A DNA stretch of 64,000 nucleotides, from IMG/VR virus record IMGVR_UViG_3300034418_011920, positions 1,669-65,668 of that record; one strand, written 5' to 3'. This document shows positions 58,279 through 64,000 of the stretch, one piece after another. The position numbers were made by a program, and so were the translations under genes. This DNA is from a virus (Duplodnaviria; Caudoviricetes). The notes below the pieces were generated by a model, which did no database searches, was not told where the DNA came from, and saw nothing but the letters and a program-made list of their open reading frames with translations. Each line of letters starts with the position of its first letter. Positions within the stretch are counted from its first letter, which is position 1.

Positions 58279-58641
58279 TTATCTTAGCCTTTCTATAAAG
58301 TTCTTTGACGGCTTCTTGGGTTTCTTTAACCTAGACATACCCTTTGGTAATGGCTTATCCGAAGAGGTTTCCTTATATGCGTTATTCTTTTTCCATATTG
58401 CTTGTTTTTCGTCGTCACTCATTCTGTCGGTATTTCTTTTAGCTAAGTCCCCAAGTGTTTTCAATTCACTGTCAGATTTCTTAACGCTTCCATTAATTGT
58501 TAGGCAGTCTTCGGCATACCTTCTTATGGTTTTTTTTGAAGAACACGATTCACACTTCGGATGCTCTGTATAGTCTGCAATACTAGATATTAAACTAAAA
58601 ACTGATTCGCATTTTTCACATTCATATGTATATTCTGGCAT
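58279..58641 (-). CDS. FmdB-family zinc-ribbon protein
   Basis: MPEYTYECEKC...CESCSS. Confidence 0.85.
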   Translation of the reverse strand: MPEYTYECEKCESVFSLISSIADYTEHPKCESCSSKKTIRRYAEDCLTINGSVKKSDSELKTLGDLAKRNTDRMSDDEKQAIWKKNNAYKETSSDKPLPKGMSRLKKPKKPSKNFIERLR

Positions 58642-58642
58642 T

Positions 58643-59209
58643 TCAATACTCCGGTAGGTAGAGCTTCCATTCTTCTGGTATCATGTCTATAGTAGTGAGA
58701 TACTCATACAAAGGCAAGTACCGTAATCGTTTTTCTGGTTTTATGGGGTTTTTTAGTAATGGCATTCCTGCTTGCTTGGGTGTCCTATTTCCTTTTTTAT
58801 TGTTACAGCCAAAACATGCAGTTACTATATTTGTCCAACAAGTAGAGCTACTTTTATTTGTCCATACCGATTTTGGAACAACATGATCGTATGTCAATTC
58901 TTTATAGTCAAACTTTTTATTACAATATTGACAAGTATAATCATCTCTAATAAAAATGTTTTTACGAGAAAATACCAATCTGTCATTATTAAAATGGAAA
59001 TATCTTTTTGTTTTAGTAACCGCTGGTACTGGAAATTTTTTATTGACGCCCAAAATTGCATCATTTTTGTAAAAGTCAATTATGTCAATACCATACTCAG
59101 GGCTTTTTTCATATTTAAAATACCAGACCATAGCCCTTTTCCAAGAAATTAAAGAAATAGGGCTATAGTCTACATTAAGCAACAGACACTTTTTATGATT
59201 TTCCTTCAT
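58643..59209 (-). CDS. HNH endonuclease
   Basis: LLLNVDYSPIS, RDDYTCQYC, TYDHVVPKS and ACFGCNNKKG. Likely start is ATG 59209. Confidence 0.9.
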   Translation of the reverse strand: MKENHKKCLLLNVDYSPISLISWKRAMVWYFKYEKSPEYGIDIIDFYKNDAILGVNKKFPVPAVTKTKRYFHFNNDRLVFSRKNIFIRDDYTCQYCNKKFDYKELTYDHVVPKSVWTNKSSSTCWTNIVTACFGCNNKKGNRTPKQAGMPLLKNPIKPEKRLRYLPLYEYLTTIDMIPEEWKLYLPEY

Positions 59210-59942
59210 AGACTTCGAGTCTTTCAAGTATTTTAGCTATGATTGGATTTCTTATTATATCACTCGCTTCTAAAAAAGCAAGACCGACACCATCAATATC
59301 GCCCAATAAATCCATCATTCTCACAAAACCCCCCTTTTGATTCTTATAAAGATCGCTTTGTGCCGCATCACCAGTTAGAACCATTTTACTGTCAAAACCA
59401 ATTCTAGTAATTAACATCTTTATTTGTTCGTAAGTAGCATTTTGACATTCATCCGCAACTATAAAACAATCATGAAAATTTCTTCCTCTCATCAATCCAA
59501 GAGGAACAATCTCAATCTTATTCTCGTTTTTTAGTCTAGCATAATCTGCCATACTAATAAAATTATTGATCTCATCCAAAACAGGAATAAGATATGGATG
59601 TAGCTTTTCTTCTGCCGTACCCGGTAAGTAGCCTAGTTTTTCGCCAGCTTCAACCACTGGTCTACTAATGACAATTTTGCCAACTTTATCTGTTAAAAGC
59701 CATTCTATAGCTATACCAATAGCAATATGTGTTTTACCAGAACCGGCTAGACCCTGACAAAATGTGATGTCATTATCTATAATGGTTTTGATAAAGTTTT
59801 TCTGATTATCGCTTTTTGCCGTTAATCTGTTTCTGAGTTGTATATCTGGAACTTCTGGAATAATATCTTTGGTTACATCAATAAACTTTGCTCTTTTTGA
59901 AGATCTACTGCTAGTTCTGGTTTTGTTAGGTTTTCTAGTCAA
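59193..59942 (-). CDS. phoH: PhoH-like ATPase
   Basis: GLAGSGKT, LGYLPG, MRGRNF, DECQN and GDAAQSD. Confidence 0.95.
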   Translation of the reverse strand: MTRKPNKTRTSSRSSKRAKFIDVTKDIIPEVPDIQLRNRLTAKSDNQKNFIKTIIDNDITFCQGLAGSGKTHIAIGIAIEWLLTDKVGKIVISRPVVEAGEKLGYLPGTAEEKLHPYLIPVLDEINNFISMADYARLKNENKIEIVPLGLMRGRNFHDCFIVADECQNATYEQIKMLITRIGFDSKMVLTGDAAQSDLYKNQKGGFVRMMDLLGDIDGVGLAFLEASDIIRNPIIAKILERLEVYEGKS

Positions 59943-59961
59943 GATGTTCTCCTTCTTGGAG

Positions 59962-62157
59962 TTAAATTAAACAAGCGCCGCCAGCACAACTAACTTCTTC
60001 TATGCCTGTTGTATTATCCTCCGTTTCTGATAATTGGGTATAATCAACCTTTTTAAAACTATTTTTAAGATCGCAATAAACTTTCCAATTGTAAACGTCT
60101 TTCATGCAATATGTTAATCTCTTAATGTCTCCATCAAAATATTTTCCAGCAAAGTTTTTCATCTTGGTAATAAAATGTAGTTTGCCTTGTGTATCTTCTG
60201 GTTTAGCTTGCTCAAAAGTTACATAATCACAAGCGGCCCACAGATTCTTTTCAAAGTTTTGTAGAGCCAGCTCTATAAGACCTGAGCACCATAAAGAAGC
60301 ATCCCCATACTCTTTTACAATTTCTCTGCTTGTATAAACAGTTGTAAAAGGAGCCTGTGGGTAATCTTTATCTCCACTTTGAGGTATTAGGCTAATTCCG
60401 GCATAATACTGACGATTCTTGTAAATAAACTTTGTAACATCTTCCCATTCGTCAGGCTTAACTGTTACAGTGTTACTGACATTGTGACTTAGATATTGTT
60501 GTGTGCAAAGACCTTTATTCTTTCCAGAATTAACCCAGTAAATCTGTGTACTTTTTACAACATCAAGCATTTCAACTGCAGGAAGTTGATTTTTTAGTTT
60601 AGCTCCATCCGGTACTTCGATTGGAAACTTAATTACTTCATCAGTATCATTTGCAGACCATGAACTTCTTTCACATGCTTGTGGATTGTAACTTCTGAAA
60701 TGCTCGTATGGCGCTTCAATAATATTTGCTTGTACATGACGAATGTATCTTTTTGCATGGTGGGGATGAATACCAGAACTTGTGCCTAGCATAGAACTTG
60801 ATGTTCCTTCTGGCTTTAAGCAAGTTACTCTTGCCGCCTGATTTATGTTTATCTTTTGTGCTAGTTCTTGATTTGTTTTTACTGCAATTTTAGCTCCATT
60901 TTTTAACGTTTTTTCTGAAAGCACAAGATCAGGCTTTTCCATAATTCCTGTAAGACTAACACCCAGTAAGGCTTCTCGTTGAAAGATTTTTTCACTTGTT
61001 TCTCCTAAATATTCTAAGGAAGTAAAACCAGCTTGTAATGTTCCAATAATAGCAGAAGCACGACATCTTTCATAAAAATCCTCTTCATCGGCTAAAGAAG
61101 AACAATTAACTGTAGAAAGATTACACCCTTGCCATCCAGACTCTCCTGTAAGCTCATCAACAGGCCACATGCCAATTTCTACACATGGATTAAAAATCAT
61201 GTCCTTTGACTCACTCCAAATAAACCCAGGCTCTCCAAACTCTTTGACGCTCTCCATAAGAGATGAAAACTGTTCATAGGTGGTTTCATTTTTGAGAAGT
61301 AGAGCTGAGTTATTGCTTCTTGCTCTTTGTGGATTGTCAACGAACCAATTACCTGTTTTAGCCTTTGCCATTTCTTCGTCGTCTGGGCTGAATAACGCTA
61401 ATGAGGCGGAGCGACGAACGCCACCTGACAATACAGCATCACTACTATGCATAACAATATCATAAGCGTCAATTGGTCGTAGTTTCTCTTGTCCATTAGC
61501 AACGCATCTATCCAATAAAGTTCTAATTTTTTCGAGACCATTTGCTAGAGGCTCATAACCCGGAGCTTTTCCCACTCCAGAACTAAGAGGGGCTCCTTTC
61601 TCCCTAATTTCTGAATAATCAAATACTACATGCTGATTGGTAAATCTAGCAAAAGATGGGTCAGAAGGTCTATCAAAATAAGAAGACAGAAGAATACCCA
61701 GAGCATCTGCCCAACCTTCAATACTATCTTCAATAACATGTTTCACACCATTACCTTTTTTTACGTCGTGTTGCAATTTCGGCAATTTTGCGACATGATG
61801 TTTTTGAACGCTGAAACCAGTACCACTTCCACATAATAAAAGCCAGAAACATTCTTGGAAAAATCTTAACCGATCACAGTAAGAACTTGTGCAATTATAA
61901 ATCTTGGCATGTCTTTTTAGAATAGGTTCTCCTCCGAATTGTAGAGCTCTTTGAGAACCAAGAACTTTTTTCTTATACATCATATCGTATGCCCATTCAA
62001 TATCGTCATTAATTTCAAAGTCCGCATACTTTATTAGCATCATGCCTTTAACTCTTTCAACTGCTTCTTTCCATGTTTCTCTTCTTTGCTTACTCTCAAT
62101 CCAACGAGCGTACTTACTGACAAATGTATAATTCTGAAGTTCTTGAAGTGCAGACAT
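59962..62157 (-). CDS. nrdJ: class II (adenosylcobalamin-dependent) ribonucleotide reductase, monomeric RTPR type
   Basis: YNC, GGVRRSA, NPCVEI, CNL, KPEGT and C-terminal CAGGAC. Confidence 0.88.
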   Translation of the reverse strand: MSALQELQNYTFVSKYARWIESKQRRETWKEAVERVKGMMLIKYADFEINDDIEWAYDMMYKKKVLGSQRALQFGGEPILKRHAKIYNCTSSYCDRLRFFQECFWLLLCGSGTGFSVQKHHVAKLPKLQHDVKKGNGVKHVIEDSIEGWADALGILLSSYFDRPSDPSFARFTNQHVVFDYSEIREKGAPLSSGVGKAPGYEPLANGLEKIRTLLDRCVANGQEKLRPIDAYDIVMHSSDAVLSGGVRRSASLALFSPDDEEMAKAKTGNWFVDNPQRARSNNSALLLKNETTYEQFSSLMESVKEFGEPGFIWSESKDMIFNPCVEIGMWPVDELTGESGWQGCNLSTVNCSSLADEEDFYERCRASAIIGTLQAGFTSLEYLGETSEKIFQREALLGVSLTGIMEKPDLVLSEKTLKNGAKIAVKTNQELAQKININQAARVTCLKPEGTSSSMLGTSSGIHPHHAKRYIRHVQANIIEAPYEHFRSYNPQACERSSWSANDTDEVIKFPIEVPDGAKLKNQLPAVEMLDVVKSTQIYWVNSGKNKGLCTQQYLSHNVSNTVTVKPDEWEDVTKFIYKNRQYYAGISLIPQSGDKDYPQAPFTTVYTSREIVKEYGDASLWCSGLIELALQNFEKNLWAACDYVTFEQAKPEDTQGKLHFITKMKNFAGKYFDGDIKRLTYCMKDVYNWKVYCDLKNSFKKVDYTQLSETEDNTTGIEEVSCAGGACLI

Positions 62158-62169
62158 ATTTTCTCCTAT

Positions 62170-62298
62170 TTATTTCTTTTCTATGAGTGTTGCAAGACCG
62201 AAGATAATAGCATAATAGAATGGATTTTGCATACTATGGTCCGCTGTAAAGATAGCTATTAGACACAAAACATAAAATATAATTCTCATGATATTCAT
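62170..62298 (-). CDS. small two-TM membrane protein (42 aa), below the ORF track cutoff
   Basis: MNIMRIIFYVLCLIAIFTADHSMQNPFYYAIIFGLATLIEKK fills the gap between the promoter and nrdJ. Confidence 0.5.
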   Translation of the reverse strand: MNIMRIIFYVLCLIAIFTADHSMQNPFYYAIIFGLATLIEKK

Positions 62299-62376
62299 TG
62301 AATACACCTTTGGGTTTAGATCAAAAAGTTAAATTATTTCCTTGAAATTTTCCAAAATTTGTGTACCGATAACCAT

Positions 62377-62405
62377 ATTATAGCCTATGTCTACTGCTGT
62401 GTCAA
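62377..62405 (-). promoter_or_regulatory. consensus sigma70 promoter upstream of the nrdJ/replication operon
   Basis: TTGACA-17 nt-TATAAT on the minus strand. Confidence 0.85.
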
Positions 62406-62406
62406 T

Positions 62407-62438
62407 AAAAAACGAACCCCAGAAAAACTGAGGTTCGT
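62407..62438 (-). terminator. Rho-independent terminator
   Basis: ACGAACC...GGTTCGT stem followed by a T run on the minus strand. Confidence 0.7.
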
Positions 62439-62467
62439 GCAATTTTTACGAAGATAAAAACAAAAAA

Positions 62468-62722
62468 TTAATTCTTGGTCAATTTATTGTATAATACTAA
62501 AGTTAAGCACGATCCCAAAACACCCATAAATAAACCTGCCGGTGAAACAGCATCGTATTGGCCTAATAAGTACATAATAGCGCCCCCCATATAAGAACCC
62601 GCTACTCCCAATACTACTGTTTTAATGAAGCCGAAATTCTCTTCTCCGGGAATTATACTCTTAGCTATGCTTCCTACGAAGATGCCATAAACACACCATA
62701 CTAATATACTAAACATTTTCAT
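62468..62722 (-). CDS. GlsB/YeaQ/YmgE (transglycosylase-associated) membrane protein
   Basis: Three Gly-rich TM helices: GIFVGSIAKSIIPG, LGVAGSYMGG and GVLGSCLTL. Confidence 0.85.
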   Translation of the reverse strand: MKMFSILVWCVYGIFVGSIAKSIIPGEENFGFIKTVVLGVAGSYMGGAIMYLLGQYDAVSPAGLFMGVLGSCLTLVLYNKLTKN

Positions 62723-63155
62723 ACTCCAGAAGTGCTGATACCTGTTCTTCCTTGACTGTTTTTCCTACCTCTAACAAAGTTTGTAATATAACGTCACCAT
62801 ATACTTTATATTGGTCTTTTGTTAAATGATTTTTTAGAATTTTTCTTAGTCTCATTCTAGTCAAAAAGCTATGATTAAAAGACCTAAATCTTACGTCTGT
62901 GCTTAAAAATGTTGATTGTTCTCCTTTTGAAAGAGAAGTCGTTTTATTTTTATTACATTCTTGTATAACCCTTATGATATTAACAGCAATACCTACTAGA
63001 ATGATGATTGTTAGAGGATCAATTCCATAAAGCTCAGATTCTTTTATCTTTGACATTGTTTTATTATAAATTTCTTCAGCCAGAAGCTCTGCTTTATTTT
63101 TTTCTATCGTATCTTGTGTTTTTTTTACTCTTGGTCTTATGTTAGGATTTGGCAT
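62709..63155 (-). CDS. hypothetical membrane-associated protein
   Basis: GIDPLTIIILVGIAVNIIRVIQEC hydrophobic segment. Confidence 0.65.
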   Translation of the reverse strand: MPNPNIRPRVKKTQDTIEKNKAELLAEEIYNKTMSKIKESELYGIDPLTIIILVGIAVNIIRVIQECNKNKTTSLSKGEQSTFLSTDVRFRSFNHSFLTRMRLRKILKNHLTKDQYKVYGDVILQTLLEVGKTVKEEQVSALLEYENV

Positions 63156-63487
63156 TAATTTCTCCTAAGAATAAAAGTTTTAGGTTCTTCTTCTGGAATT
63201 GTAACTAGTTCTGGTTCATCAATATGTTCTTCTTGAATTGCTTCTTGTTTTTTGGGTTCACAATAACCACATTCTACTTTTTCGATTCCGTCTCCACTTA
63301 TATACCAACCTTTCCCTTCACATACCGGGCATTCATCTCTTGGATATTTACTGTCTTCAGATATTTCGTGTCTTGCTTTAACAACTCCGCCGATTAAACT
63401 TACGGCACTTGTAGAAGAAGGCTGGAATTCTCCGAGGGTAATAGCGCCCATAACGGTTAGAATAAATAAACTACTGTATATTTTCAT
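63155..63487 (-). CDS. exported/membrane protein with a DnaJ-like CxxCxGxG motif
   Basis: Signal-like N-terminus; CPVCEGKG...CGYC. Confidence 0.65.
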   Translation of the reverse strand: MKIYSSLFILTVMGAITLGEFQPSSTSAVSLIGGVVKARHEISEDSKYPRDECPVCEGKGWYISGDGIEKVECGYCEPKKQEAIQEEHIDEPELVTIPEEEPKTFILRRN

Positions 63488-63668
63488 CTTTCTTTTTCCT
63501 TCTAAAGATTGGGAATATTTTTCTTTTGTCAGGTTTAATGTCTATTTCTACATCTTCTACAGACTTAGGTGAGACTATTTTTATTAATTTCAATATAAAA
63601 TCTGCTATAATTACTATTAATCTATTAAGAGCTATTTTATCTAAAATTTTCATAAGATGATTCCCCAC
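63471..63668 (-). CDS. small hypothetical protein
   Basis: Amphipathic helix plus a basic tail. Confidence 0.55.
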   Translation of the reverse strand: MGNHLMKILDKIALNRLIVIIADFILKLIKIVSPKSVEDVEIDIKPDKRKIFPIFRRKKKDENIQ

Positions 63669-64000
63669 TATAGATAATCGATAAAACCATAATCTGGTAG
63701 CTTTTGTGGTGGAAATCCATTCACATTACTAAAAGCATAGGCTCCCCTGCCACTCAACATGCCAGCAGCATCTTTTTCTCTAATCCAAAAACTTCCGTCT
63801 GGTTGGTCGTGAACTTTCGGTCCACTATTCCATTTTCCCCAACTATTTTGAACTAAAAATAATGTTTCTTTAAATCTCTCATGTGTATCATCACAAGCTA
63901 CCCAAGCCATCGCATGTGCCCATGAACCGCTTTTTCTGGCAATACCTTTAGAGTCTCTACTATTAGAAAATCCATATCCTGAACATACGCTTATTCCATA
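63668..64000 (-). CDS. papain-like (C1) cysteine peptidase, 5'-truncated by the window edge
   Basis: The frame is open to 64000. WAHAM (catalytic His), LVQNSWG (catalytic Asn) and DGSFWI. Confidence 0.8.
   Translation of the reverse strand, partial: YGISVCSGYGFSNSRDSKGIARKSGSWAHAMAWVACDDTHERFKETLFLVQNSWGKWNSGPKVHDQPDGSFWIREKDAAGMLSGRGAYAFSNVNGFPPQKLPDYGFIDYL

Noticed and set aside
39469-61836. Plus-strand ORFs within the replication module
   Set aside because: They are antisense shadows of recognisable minus-strand genes.
1-64000. Stop-codon reassignment, tRNA genes, or a diversity-generating retroelement
   Set aside because: Genes are full length and densely packed in code 11, with TAA, TAG and TGA all used as stops. 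No cloverleaf, reverse transcriptase or TR/VR pair was seen by eye.

Overview
This window is a segment of a large, AT-rich dsDNA tailed phage (Caudoviricetes) using the standard genetic code, probably infecting a Planctomycete. The host inference rests on a DUF1559 prepilin-like gene and an SHD1-like domain. There are two convergent modules. (1) The plus strand, 1-37964, is a virion morphogenesis operon: fibre/FN3 genes, head-tail joining genes, tail tube, two paralogous chaperone-like genes, a 4352-aa tape measure protein (TMP), two paralogous distal-tail-like proteins, and 1579-aa and 2371-aa tail-tip proteins. No sheath gene is seen, suggesting a siphovirus-like virion. (2) The minus strand, 37961-64000, carries replication, recombination and nucleotide metabolism genes: an intein-less split DnaE, DnaQ-like exonuclease, DnaB, primase, RecA, SSB, ThyX, class II RNR, dNMP kinase, PhoH, nucleases, a glycosyltransferase cluster and a papain-like peptidase. 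Three near-consensus sigma70 promoters drive this module. The most striking element is the TMP. It carries an array of apparent enzyme cassettes (two PD-(D/E)xK-like, one DUF3072-like, one GNAT-like), each bounded by a repeated GG-x-x-x-K-F-A-E-G-G linker that is also conserved at DNA level. This suggests a shuffled, possibly proteolytically released, injected-effector system. All family assignments are from motif recognition by eye, not database searches.
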